From positions 5,424-37,423 of the forward strand of contig NZ_JHXR01000029.1 in assembly GCF_000621645.1 (NCBI RefSeq): a stretch of 32,000 bases of DNA, read 5' to 3'. This stretch comes from Vibrio cholerae ATCC 14035 (lineage in GTDB: Bacteria > Pseudomonadota > Gammaproteobacteria > Enterobacterales > Vibrionaceae). The translations under genes were made by a program, and so were the position numbers. Below are positions 7,676 to 16,412 of this stretch, one piece after another. The notes beneath the pieces were generated by a model. The model saw only the letters and a list, made by a program, of their open reading frames with translations, was not told the DNA's origin and did no database searches. Positions within the stretch are counted from its first letter, which is position 1, and the number at the start of each line of letters is the position of its first letter.

Positions 7676-9241
7676 ATGGGCGTTCTAGAACAAGATATCC
7701 AAGCAGAGCTTCAAAAACTGAAATCTCAGTTAGAACAAGTACGTTTGACACAAAGGGATACTTCGTTCAAATTTAACCGAGAGCAGCAAGTTCTTAAACG
7801 AATGGTCACTTCCTTGGCTACGACTTGCCGCGGCAGTAGCTCTCGACTAAACCAAAGTTTAGAAGAACTCTGTTTTGCATTAGAACAACAAAAAGACATC
7901 AGTACGCTGATCCCGAAATTAGCCGTACTGGAACGCATGTTGAAACAACAGTCATTGGCCATGGACAAACAAACGAGTCATCTGGATAGCCAGCTACAGC
8001 ACAGTGGTGAAACGCTACTGCGCGTCCCCGGCTTACCCGCCAAGATCAAACGCGATCTTCGAGATCTGCTGAGTTTTAGCGCCGCACAGCCGCTGGAAAA
8101 AACTCAGCAAGCTTTGCGTTTGCTGGAAATTTATGAACGCGCGGTCAAAATTCAATGTGCCAATCCCAATTTGGCGCTCAATGAGCTTACTCAACAAGCG
8201 GATCGAGAACTGCTGCATCGACTTGCCGTTGATTTACAACACTTGATTACTGAGTTGGATTTCAATGGTGAATCGGGTGATCAACTGACCGATATCCGAA
8301 CCAAGCTTCTGCTTGGCGTCAATACTCATACCCTGCTTGAGCTCACCCTTGAAGTGCTGCGTTTAGTCGTCGATGGAAGCCATGCTGAGCGCAAAGCAGC
8401 CGAAGCCTTTCTCGAGCAAGTGAATCTCTCGATTGGCAATAACCTAAAAAGCGCGACTCAAAATCTTGAGCAAAGCCAGAGTTACATGGCACACCGCCAA
8501 GAGATGAATGGCGAGCTGAGCAGTTTAGTGGCTCGTAGCCAGACCGCGCTCAAAGAACAGACGGAGCTAGAACAGCTCAAGCTGAAAATGGCGCCTTTAC
8601 TGCGCGAGATGTCTTCACTTTCTGAACGCTTACTCTTAGCGGAGCAACGTGAGCAAGCCCTACTTGAGCGTATGCGCTATAGCAAAGATCAGATGGAAGC
8701 CCTGTCTGATTTGGCACAAGATTATCGTCGCCGCCTTGAAGATCAAGCATTGCGCGCGCAACTCGATCCTCTGACCAAAGTGTACAACCGCAGTAGCTTT
8801 ACTGAGCGACTTGAACATGAGTATCGCCGCTGGATCCGTACGCAACACAATTTGCGGGTAGTGCTGTTTGATATTGATAAATTCAAATCGATCAACGACA
8901 GCTTTGGCTATACCGCAGGCGATAAGGCCTTAAGTATCATTGCTCGCACCATCAAAAAAGAATTACGAGACAGTGACACCGTGGCTCGCTTCTCTGGTGA
9001 AGAGTTCATTCTGTTACTGCCTGAACGCTCCGATAATGAGAGTTACCAGATTATTCACCAGATCCAGCTCAACGTGTCGAAACTACCGTTCAAGTTCCGC
9101 GATAAGAGCCTAACCATCACGCTGTCTGCGGCGAGTATCCGCTTCATGGATTCAGATACCCCCGAAACGGTTCTTGATCGTTTAAATCTGACGCTAAGTG
9201 AAGCCAAACATATCGGTCCAAGTCAGTTAGCTTGGAAATAA
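7676..9241 (+). CDS. Coiled-coil GGDEF-domain protein with variant A-site SGEEF and intact RxxD I-site (may be V. cholerae CdgG; from memory, unverified)
   Basis: C-terminal DPLTKVYNRSSF...VLFDIDKFKSINDSFGYTAGDKAL...RDSDTVARFSGEEFILLLPE. The N-terminal ~350 aa is heptad-rich and Q/L/E-rich. The start is uncertain between ATG 7676 and TTG 7667. Confidence 0.8.
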   Translation: MGVLEQDIQAELQKLKSQLEQVRLTQRDTSFKFNREQQVLKRMVTSLATTCRGSSSRLNQSLEELCFALEQQKDISTLIPKLAVLERMLKQQSLAMDKQTSHLDSQLQHSGETLLRVPGLPAKIKRDLRDLLSFSAAQPLEKTQQALRLLEIYERAVKIQCANPNLALNELTQQADRELLHRLAVDLQHLITELDFNGESGDQLTDIRTKLLLGVNTHTLLELTLEVLRLVVDGSHAERKAAEAFLEQVNLSIGNNLKSATQNLEQSQSYMAHRQEMNGELSSLVARSQTALKEQTELEQLKLKMAPLLREMSSLSERLLLAEQREQALLERMRYSKDQMEALSDLAQDYRRRLEDQALRAQLDPLTKVYNRSSFTERLEHEYRRWIRTQHNLRVVLFDIDKFKSINDSFGYTAGDKALSIIARTIKKELRDSDTVARFSGEEFILLLPERSDNESYQIIHQIQLNVSKLPFKFRDKSLTITLSAASIRFMDSDTPETVLDRLNLTLSEAKHIGPSQLAWK

Positions 9242-9460
9242 CTGATTAATATTTAAGCTAATTAACTATTAATTTGTGCTCAATTTCACAATTACCCCCT
9301 CACTCTATTTTCTTACCTAACTAGATACCTCTAGATTGAAGCCAGATATATCAAGAGGTTATCACCCCCTTCTCTGGGTATCTCTGCTACTCTTGTTTTA
9401 TAACAAATGCTCAACATCATGCTCTAGCATGGCCTCAACCTCAGGTTGAAGGAGGACACT

Positions 9461-10819
9461 ATGATTATTCAAGTCAGCCCAGCCGGCAGTATGGATCTAC
9501 TGTCACAACTCGAAGTCGAACGTCTGAAAAAGACCGCCTCGAGTGATCTCTACCAACTTTATCGCAATTGCAGCCTTGCCGTGTTGAACTCAGGTAGCCA
9601 CACGGATAACTCGAAAGAGTTGCTCGATAAATATAAGAATTTCGATATCACCGTCATGCGCCGTGAACGCGGCATCAAACTTGAGCTGGCGAATCCCCCC
9701 GAACATGCCTTTGTCGATGGACAGATCATTAAAGGGATCCAAGAACACCTCTTTTCTGTGCTGCGCGATATTGTTTACGTCAATATGCATTTAGCCGATA
9801 GCCAGCGCCTTAACCTGACTAACGCGACGCACATAACTAACCTCGTGTTTGGTATTTTGCGCAATGCCGGAGCACTGATTCCCGGAGCGACACCCAATCT
9901 CGTTGTGTGCTGGGGTGGACACTCGATTAATGAAGTTGAGTACCAATACACTCGTGAAGTCGGCCATGAGCTCGGTTTACGTGAACTGAACATCTGTACT
10001 GGTTGTGGCCCCGGTGCGATGGAAGGCCCAATGAAAGGTGCGGCGGTCGGCCACGCCAAACAGCGTTATTCGGAATACCGCTACCTCGGATTGACCGAAC
10101 CTTCAATTATTGCCGCCGAGCCGCCCAACCCTATCGTTAATGAGCTGGTGATCATGCCAGATATCGAAAAACGTTTGGAAGCGTTCGTGCGTATGGCACA
10201 TGGCATCATCATTTTCCCCGGAGGTCCCGGTACGGCGGAAGAGCTACTGTATATCTTGGGCATTATGATGCACCCAGAAAACGCCGATCAGCCAATGCCT
10301 ATTGTGCTGACAGGGCCAAAACAGAGTGAAGCGTATTTCCGCTCTTTGGATAAATTCATTACCGATACCTTGGGTGAAGCCGCTCGCAAGCATTACAGCA
10401 TCGTCATCGATAATCCAGCGGAAGCGGCACGTATTATGAGTAATGCCATGCCACTGGTGCGCCAACATCGTAAAGATAAAGAAGATGCGTACAGTTTTAA
10501 CTGGTCACTCAAAATTGAACCAGAATTCCAACTGCCGTTTGAGCCTAACCACGAGAGCATGGCGAACCTTGATTTGCACTTAAACCAACGCCCAGAAGTG
10601 CTTGCCGCCAACCTGCGTCGAGCCTTCTCTGGTGTTGTGGCAGGCAACGTCAAAGCGGAAGGGATCCGTGAAATTGAACGCCACGGTCCCTTTGAAATGC
10701 ATGGTGACCCAGTGTTAATGAAAAAAATGGATCAGCTACTCAATGATTTCGTTGCCCAAAACCGGATGAAACTTCCAGGCGGCAGCGCATACGAGCCTTG
10801 CTATAAGATAGTGACTTAA
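9461..10819 (+). CDS. ppnN: Pyrimidine/purine nucleotide 5'-monophosphate nucleosidase PpnN (YgdH, LOG family)
   Basis: Collinear, high identity to E. coli YgdH (SPxGSMDxLSQLEV, [38 protein letters not shown]). ATG 9461 is preceded by AGGAGG. The track start at 9446 is an extension. Confidence 0.93.
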   Translation: MIIQVSPAGSMDLLSQLEVERLKKTASSDLYQLYRNCSLAVLNSGSHTDNSKELLDKYKNFDITVMRRERGIKLELANPPEHAFVDGQIIKGIQEHLFSVLRDIVYVNMHLADSQRLNLTNATHITNLVFGILRNAGALIPGATPNLVVCWGGHSINEVEYQYTREVGHELGLRELNICTGCGPGAMEGPMKGAAVGHAKQRYSEYRYLGLTEPSIIAAEPPNPIVNELVIMPDIEKRLEAFVRMAHGIIIFPGGPGTAEELLYILGIMMHPENADQPMPIVLTGPKQSEAYFRSLDKFITDTLGEAARKHYSIVIDNPAEAARIMSNAMPLVRQHRKDKEDAYSFNWSLKIEPEFQLPFEPNHESMANLDLHLNQRPEVLAANLRRAFSGVVAGNVKAEGIREIERHGPFEMHGDPVLMKKMDQLLNDFVAQNRMKLPGGSAYEPCYKIVT

Positions 10820-10889
10820 ACCTAAAGCCAATGTCTGCTCAAGCATGAAATCGTCGCTTGGGTAGTAATCTTGACGGATTTGATTACAA

Positions 10890-10916
10890 TAAGGGCCTCA
10901 CAAGCCCTTATTTTTT
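10890..10916 (+). terminator. Rho-independent terminator after ppnN
   Basis: Stem TAAGGGC / GCCCTTA with a 7-nt loop, followed by T6. It ends 14 nt before the xni ATG. Confidence 0.7.
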
Positions 10917-10929
10917 ATGGTTTTTGGTT

Positions 10930-11709
10930 ATGTTTCTTCATCTTGTCATTATTGATGCGCTTAATTTGATCCGCCGCGTTCACTCCGCGCAGACCGATCC
11001 CAACGACATCACCAGAACCGCGGAAACCACAACACGCACTCTGCAGCGCATCATTAATGAAGCGCTGCCCAGCCATATGATTGCGGTGTTTGATCATCAT
11101 TTATCTGATCGTGGCTGGCGCGCTGAGTTACTCCCAACTTACAAAGCCAATCGCAAACCCATGCCAGACGTTTTGCAGCAAGGGCTAGATTCCATTCAAG
11201 ATGCGTGGTGGCAACTGGGGATTGATTCGCTGTTATCGGAAGGCGATGAAGCGGACGATCTGGTTGCAACACTGGCTTGTAAAGTGGCGGCTCATCAAGA
11301 AAAAGTGACAATTATCTCGACCGATAAGGGCTACTGTCAGTTACTTTCTCCGACCTTACAAATCCGCGACTACTTTCAACAACGTTGGTTAGATGAGCCT
11401 TTTATCGCTCAGGAGTTTGGCGTTACTCCCGCACAATTAACCGACTATTGGGGATTAACGGGCGTCAGCTCAAGCCAAATTCCCGGCGTGGCCGGTATTG
11501 GCCCGAAAGCGGCGAAAGAGATTTTAAACCAGTTCTCGAGCATTGAAGAGGCGTATGCCAGCCCTGAACTACCGGCAAAGTATCGAAAAAAACTCGATCC
11601 TCACATTGAAATGGCGCGTATCTGTAAACAAGTCAGTGCCTTGAAAACGGACATCGAGCTTGGGTTTAACTTGCAAGATATCCGTTTTAACTCATCGTCC
11701 GCGGACTAA
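10930..11709 (+). CDS. xni: Flap endonuclease Xni (ExoIX, YgdG)
   Basis: MFLHLVIIDALNLIRRVH matches the E. coli Xni N-terminus. Also STDKGYCQLLSPTLQIRDYFQQRWLD and H3TH PGVAGIGPKAAKEIL. The track ORF (10858) is an N-terminal extension that reads through the ppnN terminator. Confidence 0.92.
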   Translation: MFLHLVIIDALNLIRRVHSAQTDPNDITRTAETTTRTLQRIINEALPSHMIAVFDHHLSDRGWRAELLPTYKANRKPMPDVLQQGLDSIQDAWWQLGIDSLLSEGDEADDLVATLACKVAAHQEKVTIISTDKGYCQLLSPTLQIRDYFQQRWLDEPFIAQEFGVTPAQLTDYWGLTGVSSSQIPGVAGIGPKAAKEILNQFSSIEEAYASPELPAKYRKKLDPHIEMARICKQVSALKTDIELGFNLQDIRFNSSSAD

Positions 11710-11739
11710 ATCCCCTCTGATTAGGCATCACAACACAGA

Positions 11740-12126
11740 CTACTGACTTTTCCACGCCGCGTAACTAAACCAGATCCAGCCTAAGATGAACATCACGCCA
11801 CCAAAAGGCGTGATAGGACCAAACCACTTCACACCCGTGAGTGCGAGCGCGTACAAGCTACCGCTAAAACAGACGATCCCGACCAAGAAAAACTGTGCCG
11901 CGCGGCGAAAGCCTTTATGCGCGGCTTCATGGAGCGGCAGCAACAATAATACGCCGCACACGAGCAGAGCCAATGCATGGATAAATTGATACTGCACGCC
12001 CGTCTCAAACACACCGAGTAAATACGGGCTTAACATCTTTTTTAAACCGTGCGCCGCAAAGGCACCTAAACCCACCGCAACACCCGATAGCAAGCCCCCG
12101 AGAGCGAGTAAATACTTACTGTTCAT
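11740..12126 (-). CDS. ygdD: DUF423 inner-membrane protein (YgdD family)
   Basis: 128 aa with four predicted TM helices. It sits directly downstream of gcvA, as E. coli ygdD does. Confidence 0.8.
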   Translation of the reverse strand: MNSKYLLALGGLLSGVAVGLGAFAAHGLKKMLSPYLLGVFETGVQYQFIHALALLVCGVLLLLPLHEAAHKGFRRAAQFFLVGIVCFSGSLYALALTGVKWFGPITPFGGVMFILGWIWFSYAAWKSQ

Positions 12127-12147
12127 CCTCTACCTCATAACCCGAAT

Positions 12148-13068
12148 TTACTGGTTGTGCTTATGTTGCAAAATATCCACTTGCTCACTGCGCGCCTTTT
12201 TCAGCATCCAATCGCGGAAAGTGGCGATCCGTCCCATATCCGCCTGCTTTTCATGGCACACCACATAGAAGGCGTTATTGGTCATCAATACCTCATCAAA
12301 AGGAGCAATCAAGCGACCAGCATCAATTTCTGGTTGCGCTAACACGTTATTGCCTAACGCAACACCTTGCCCATGCGCAGCCGCTTGCAACACCATGGTT
12401 GAGTGACTGAAGATCGGCCCATGGTTAACATTAACGTTATCAAGGCCGTTCTCTTTAGCAAATTGTTTCCAGTCTTTACGCGAGGTATCGTGCAACAAGG
12501 TGTGATAAGCCAAATCGCTTAACTTCTCCATTGGCTTGTTACCCAGCAACAACGCCGGAGAACAGAGTGGGATCAAAAACTCCTGATACAATTTATCGGC
12601 ACGCAAGCCCGGCCAACTACCTCGGCCATAATAAATCGCCACATCCACATCATCAGTCAGCGAACCTTCATCCATATCGACGGCCTTAATGCGCACGTCA
12701 ATATCCGGCTCTTGCTGGTTAAAATCCGCCAAACGTGGCACTAACCATTGAATCGCAAAACTCGGCGGCAAACTAATGGTCAGCGCCCCTTTTTCACTGC
12801 GCTCAAGTAATTTATCGGTCGCTTCAGCTAATGAACTAAAAATATCTTTTATGTCGAGGAAATAACTTTGCCCTTCTTCGGTCAGCAATAAAGAGCGATT
12901 ACGACGACGAAAGAGTTTCAAGCCTAAAAACTCTTCTAATGCTTTGATTTGGTGACTAACTGCGGCCTGTGTCACAAATAATTCTTCAGCAGCTCGGGTA
13001 AAACTCAAATGGCGAGCGGCCGCTTCAAACACTTTTAACGAATTAAGGGGAGGCAATCTTCTGGACAT
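12148..13068 (-). CDS. gcvA: Glycine cleavage system transcriptional activator GcvA (LysR family)
   Basis: About 70% identity by eye to E. coli GcvA over the full length (RLPPLNSLKVFEAAARHLSFTRAAEELFVTQAAVSHQIKALEEFLGLKLFRRRNRSLLLTEEGQSYF). Confidence 0.96.
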   Translation of the reverse strand: MSRRLPPLNSLKVFEAAARHLSFTRAAEELFVTQAAVSHQIKALEEFLGLKLFRRRNRSLLLTEEGQSYFLDIKDIFSSLAEATDKLLERSEKGALTISLPPSFAIQWLVPRLADFNQQEPDIDVRIKAVDMDEGSLTDDVDVAIYYGRGSWPGLRADKLYQEFLIPLCSPALLLGNKPMEKLSDLAYHTLLHDTSRKDWKQFAKENGLDNVNVNHGPIFSHSTMVLQAAAHGQGVALGNNVLAQPEIDAGRLIAPFDEVLMTNNAFYVVCHEKQADMGRIATFRDWMLKKARSEQVDILQHKHNQ

Positions 13069-13084
13069 AGCGGTACTCGGTTAA

Positions 13085-13103
13085 AGATTAGTTTTTTTAA
13101 TCT
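13085..13103. promoter_or_regulatory. Candidate GcvA (LysR-type) binding site in the gcvA/gcvB divergent region
   Basis: Perfect inverted repeat AGATTA-N7-TAATCT (contains T-N11-A), centred about 65 bp upstream of the predicted gcvB start. Confidence 0.5.
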
Positions 13104-13123
13104 GAAACATTATAAATTGTCCG

Positions 13124-13152
13124 TTGCTAACCGACCAGAGAAAATCTATATT
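13124..13152 (+). promoter_or_regulatory. gcvB sigma70 promoter
   Basis: -35 TTGCTA (13124-13129), 17-bp spacer, -10 TATATT (13147-13152). Confidence 0.6.
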
Positions 13153-13158
13153 TCACCG

Positions 13159-13364
13159 CGCAACGGCGGCCTGAACGGCTTGATTTCCTTGTAAATCAAT
13201 AGGCTTAGTTGTTGCGATGTTGTGTTTGCAAACTCGAAATTCGAGTTAGGTAGTTTCTACCACCCGTTTTGTGCAGTTATCCCTGCCACAAAACAAATAC
13301 TTCCTGTATTTATTTTTGACCTGTCTGTCAAATTTTTAGCACCGCCTTTAGGCGGTGTTTTTTT
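13159..13364 (+). ncRNA. gcvB: GcvB small regulatory RNA
   Basis: Divergent from gcvA. G/U-rich R1 GTTGTTGCGATGTTGTGTTTGCA (13209-13230). R2 ACTTCCTGTA (13298-13307), followed by CCTGTCTGTC. Terminator AGCACCGCC-TTTA-GGCGGTG + T7. All are collinear with E. coli GcvB (..GGTTGTGATGTTGTGTTGTTGTGTTTGCA..CACTTCCTGTACATTTACCCTGTCTGTCC..GCACCGCC..GGTGC T8). The 5' end is estimated from the promoter, giving a length of about 206 nt. Confidence 0.9.
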
Positions 13365-13403
13365 ATCTGCATTTTTAGCTCCAACCAGTAAATACTGAGC
13401 TTA

Positions 13404-13601
13404 TATACCCTAACAGCTTGGAATTGCAGGTAGGCGGCAAGAGAGTGACAAATTTGTCTGGAACAAATTTGCACAGCCATCGGCTGGCCTTTGGTGAGAG
13501 CCAAGGATGGCTCTCATAATCCCCATAAGCATAGGCAAACTATGTGATTGGCGTGAACGAACGTAGCCAACACCGCAACAGCTTCAAGTAGGAAGGGAAT
13601 A
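13404..13601 (+). repeat. ERIC-like imperfect-palindrome repeat (MITE-like), copy 1, interrupted by a 70-bp insertion
   Basis: TATACCCTAACAGCTTGGAATTGCAGGTAGGCGGCAAGAGAGTGA [insert] ATCCCCATAAGCATAGGCAAACTATGTGATTGGCGTGAACGAACGTAGCCAACACCGCAACAGCTTCAAGTAGGAAGGGAATA. Collinear with copies 2-4. The core resembles the enterobacterial ERIC consensus (..GTGA.TCCCC...TGGGGTGA.CGAACG..GCCAAC...). Confidence 0.85.
13449..13518 (+). repeat. 70-bp insertion nested inside ERIC-like copy 1
   Basis: Present only in copy 1 when aligned with copies 2-4. It contains a duplicated ACAAATTTG and two hairpins: CAGCC-ATC-GGCTG, and TGAGAGCC-AAGGAT-GGCTCTCA. Confidence 0.7.
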
Positions 13602-13604
13602 AAG

Positions 13605-13642
13605 CGAAAAAAACGCAGAGCCTGCTGAGCAAACTCTGCGTT
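13605..13642 (-). terminator. Rho-independent terminator after thiI
   Basis: Stem AACGCAGAG / CTCTGCGTT with a 13-nt loop. On the minus strand it is followed by T7. A weaker T4 on the plus side may allow some bidirectional activity. Confidence 0.75.
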
Positions 13643-13689
13643 TTATCCATTCATGATCGCGTTATGGGCAATGAACTATCGACCATGAA

Positions 13690-15141
13690 CTATGGACGAT
13701 AAACTTTCACATTGTTAAACCCTTGTTCTTGCAGGTACAGCGCTTGTAAGCGGCTCATCACGCCACGTGAGCAGTACAGCAAGTAGGTTTTTGACTGATC
13801 GAGGTCACAAAATTGAGTCGCAAGCTTATAGAAAGGCAGATGCTTCACTTCCACACCCGCAATCTCTAGCGGGCTTTCGTCCTCTTCGTCTGGGCTACGA
13901 ATATCCAGTACGACGGCGTTACCCTCTTCTGCGCTGTTAACCAACTCCACTTCAGGGGCTTTTTCCAGCGACTCTTTACCAATATCACGAATGTCGATTT
14001 GGCGCGCGTTGTACACCACTTGATCAAGCAGAGCAAAATCGAATTTGGCTTCTTCTTCTTCCAATTTCTCTTTTACCGCTTTTACGGTTGGGCTTTTTGA
14101 AATCACCCCGCAGAATTCAGGCATGGTTTTGGCGAAATCTTCCGTACCAATTTCACGCGCCAGACGGATGATGTCTTCTTTATCCCAGTTGATGAGCGGA
14201 CGCAGAATCAAAGTATCGGTCACGTTATCGATATGGCGCAGGTTAGTCAGGGTTTGGCTAGAAACCTGGCCTAGCGCTTCACCCGTAACCAAAGCTTGAA
14301 TGCCAAACTTCTCAGCCACCATACCGGCGGTGCGCATAAACATACGCTTGAGCACCACGCCCATTTGACCATCATCGATCTTCTCGAGGATCTCAGCCAC
14401 CACAGGAGCAAAATCGATCGCGATAAATCGCACTTTGGCCGATGAACCGTATTTTTGCCACAGGTAGTAAGCGGTTTGCTTCACACCAATTTCGTGGGCG
14501 GGTCCCCCCAGATTAAAGAAGCAGTAATGCACTTTTGAACCACGTTTAATGTGCAGATAGCTCGACACACCGGAGTCGAAGCCACCAGAAATCAGGCTCA
14601 ATACATCTTCTTGGGTCCCCAGAGGGAAACCACCTAAACCTTTATGACGCGCGATCACTTGGTTAAGCAGCTCATCGACCACTTCCACTTGCACGGTCAC
14701 GTCAGGGTTAATCAATTTTACCTTGGCACTGGCGATGGCTTGATTGAGGCCACCCCCAACATAACGTTCGAGTTCAATAGAGGTAAAATCATGCTTACCA
14801 CGGCGTTTCGCGCGCACAACAAAGGTTTTGTTTTCGAGGTTAGCGCGATTTAGCTCCAGCACTTGCTCGTAGATGTTGTGCAGATCGGTAAAGCTTGATT
14901 GCTGCACTTCCAACACTTGCTGGATACCCGGTGTGGTCGTCAGAATCTCCAACACTTCGGCGTAATAAGTATCGCTGTTTGACGTCACTTCAATATGATC
15001 ACGACGATTGAATACCGCCACCCCTTGTGTGCGGGCTTTCACAATAATTCGAATATTGCTCTCAAGGATCTTTGTGAAACGCTTACGTACCGATTCACTT
15101 TTCACAAAAATTTCCGGATGGGGTTTAACGATAAATTTCAT
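13690..15141 (-). CDS. thiI: tRNA 4-thiouridine(8) synthase / sulfur carrier ThiI (with C-terminal rhodanese domain)
   Basis: [23 protein letters not shown]-terminus, THUMP region, PP-loop SGGFDSGV, and C-terminal rhodanese ([10 protein letters not shown]). The track ORF (to 15237) adds 32 non-homologous codons. ATG 15141 matches the family N-terminus. Confidence 0.94.
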   Translation of the reverse strand: MKFIVKPHPEIFVKSESVRKRFTKILESNIRIIVKARTQGVAVFNRRDHIEVTSNSDTYYAEVLEILTTTPGIQQVLEVQQSSFTDLHNIYEQVLELNRANLENKTFVVRAKRRGKHDFTSIELERYVGGGLNQAIASAKVKLINPDVTVQVEVVDELLNQVIARHKGLGGFPLGTQEDVLSLISGGFDSGVSSYLHIKRGSKVHYCFFNLGGPAHEIGVKQTAYYLWQKYGSSAKVRFIAIDFAPVVAEILEKIDDGQMGVVLKRMFMRTAGMVAEKFGIQALVTGEALGQVSSQTLTNLRHIDNVTDTLILRPLINWDKEDIIRLAREIGTEDFAKTMPEFCGVISKSPTVKAVKEKLEEEEAKFDFALLDQVVYNARQIDIRDIGKESLEKAPEVELVNSAEEGNAVVLDIRSPDEEDESPLEIAGVEVKHLPFYKLATQFCDLDQSKTYLLYCSRGVMSRLQALYLQEQGFNNVKVYRP

Positions 15142-15258
15142 ACAGTTATTCGCAATCTGAGTTAGACAATCTGGCGAGCAGCAGGTAAACCTTGGCAAGG
15201 CGCTTACCGCTAAAGGGGCGCGATTATACACGATCACACTTTATTGAGAAAAGCCCAT

Positions 15259-15290
15259 AAAAAAGACAAGCCCAATGGCTTGCCTTTTTT
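15259..15290. terminator. Bidirectional rho-independent terminator (ends the pomAB transcript)
   Basis: Stem GACAAGCC / GGCTTGCC with a 4-nt loop, flanked by A6 on the left and T6 on the right. Confidence 0.75.
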
Positions 15291-15309
15291 AGTTTACAGT
15301 CGGTGTGTA

Positions 15310-15437
15310 TATACCCAAACTACTTGGAGTTGCAGGTAGGCGGCAAGTGAGTGAGTCCCCATGAGCATAGATAGACTATGTGATTGGGGTGAACGAACGT
15401 AGCCAACACCGCTGCAGCTTCAAGTAGGAAGGGTATA
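15310..15437 (+). repeat. ERIC-like repeat, copy 2 (128 bp, intact)
   Basis: TATACCCAAACTACTTGGAGTTGCAGGTAGGCGGCAAGTGAGTGAGTCCCCATGAGCATAGATAGACTATGTGATTGGGGTGAACGAACGTAGCCAACACCGCTGCAGCTTCAAGTAGGAAGGGTATA. Terminal inverted repeat TATACCC/GGGTATA. It starts 8 bp beyond the pomB stop and lies upstream of the terminator, so it is inside the pomAB 3' UTR. Confidence 0.88.
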
Positions 15438-15444
15438 CCTTCGG

Positions 15445-16401
15445 TTATTGTTGTCCACCGCCTAGTGAAGGAACCTCGTCACTGTAGACTGGATCGCCTT
15501 GCAAGATACTGATTTCAACGCGGCGGTTGGTTGCCCGTTGCGCTTCGGTATCATTGGGCCCTAACGGTTGGGTATCAGCCAATCCACGCACTTGCAGTCT
15601 TAGATGGTCAAAATCTTTGACCTTTTCCATCTCTTGCGCCACCGAAACTGCGCGCTGCGCAGAGAGATCCCAGTTCGAGCGATACAGTTCAGAGTCCAAT
15701 TTCTGGTTATCAGTGTGCCCTGTCACCCGCACTTTACCGGGAATGTCTTTGACCAACTCAGCAATTTGGCGTACCAGAGGGCGGAACTTAGGTTGTAAGA
15801 ATGCGGAACCTTCTGGGAACGCGCCTTTTTCGCGGATCCGAATGTCAATCTGCTGCCCCAAGTTTTCCACTTCAATGGCTCCTTGCTCAATCTCTCTAGA
15901 CAGTGCTTTTTTGATGCTTTCCGCCACGGTTTCCATCTGCTCTGACATCGCTTGTGCTTGCTGCTGTTGCATTTCAGATTGAGTGTTTTGGTTATCTTGC
16001 ACCGAAGTTTCTGCCGATTGACCGCCAGTAAGCTGACCGGAATCACGTTGATTACCGCCCGCTCGGTCTGATTCCCCCTCTTGGAATTCCAAGGTTTGTT
16101 GGGTGATATCGATGGTTTGCTGCATGATCACATCAATCGGCGTCGGCTCTGGGCGACCGGGACGAAATTCTTGAGCAATAATACTGGTCCCTTTGGGAAT
16201 ATCTTTCACTTCCAAACGGTTTTGCACACCAAAGGCAAACTTCATTGAGCCAGCGATCTGCTTAAATTTCAGTACGTCCATCTCCGAAAACGAGAGCAAG
16301 AGTACGAAGAAGCACATCAGCAGTGACATCAAGTCCGCAAACGTCCCCAGCCATGCGGGCAAACCGGGAGGGGGACATTTACATTGTTGTTCGTCATCCA
16401 T
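15445..16401 (-). CDS. pomB: Sodium-driven polar flagellar stator protein PomB (MotB family)
   Basis: MDDEQQCKCPPPGLPAWLGTFADLMSLLMCFFVLLLSFSEMDVLKFKQIAGSMKFAFGVQN is nearly identical to Vibrio PomB. C-terminal OmpA-like peptidoglycan-binding domain (GHTDN..SNWDLSAQRA..NRRVEI). Confidence 0.95.
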   Translation of the reverse strand: MDDEQQCKCPPPGLPAWLGTFADLMSLLMCFFVLLLSFSEMDVLKFKQIAGSMKFAFGVQNRLEVKDIPKGTSIIAQEFRPGRPEPTPIDVIMQQTIDITQQTLEFQEGESDRAGGNQRDSGQLTGGQSAETSVQDNQNTQSEMQQQQAQAMSEQMETVAESIKKALSREIEQGAIEVENLGQQIDIRIREKGAFPEGSAFLQPKFRPLVRQIAELVKDIPGKVRVTGHTDNQKLDSELYRSNWDLSAQRAVSVAQEMEKVKDFDHLRLQVRGLADTQPLGPNDTEAQRATNRRVEISILQGDPVYSDEVPSLGGGQQ

Positions 16402-16412
16402 AGTCGGCTCCG

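Noticed and set aside
9242-9300. AT-rich tract with ATTAAT/AATTAA palindromes after the GGDEF gene
   Set aside because: It is a short, low-information AT-rich sequence of the kind common in intergenic DNA. No specific motif could be matched.
13404-13601. Structured intergenic elements (also 15310, 28332, 30286), considered as tRNA-like genes, sRNAs or attachment sites
   Set aside because: There is no cloverleaf and no T-loop (GTTCGAATC-type) motif. The four copies align to each other and to the ERIC consensus, so they are dispersed repeats. ORFs 28202-28420, 30114-30326 and 30247-30438 crossing them are artefacts.
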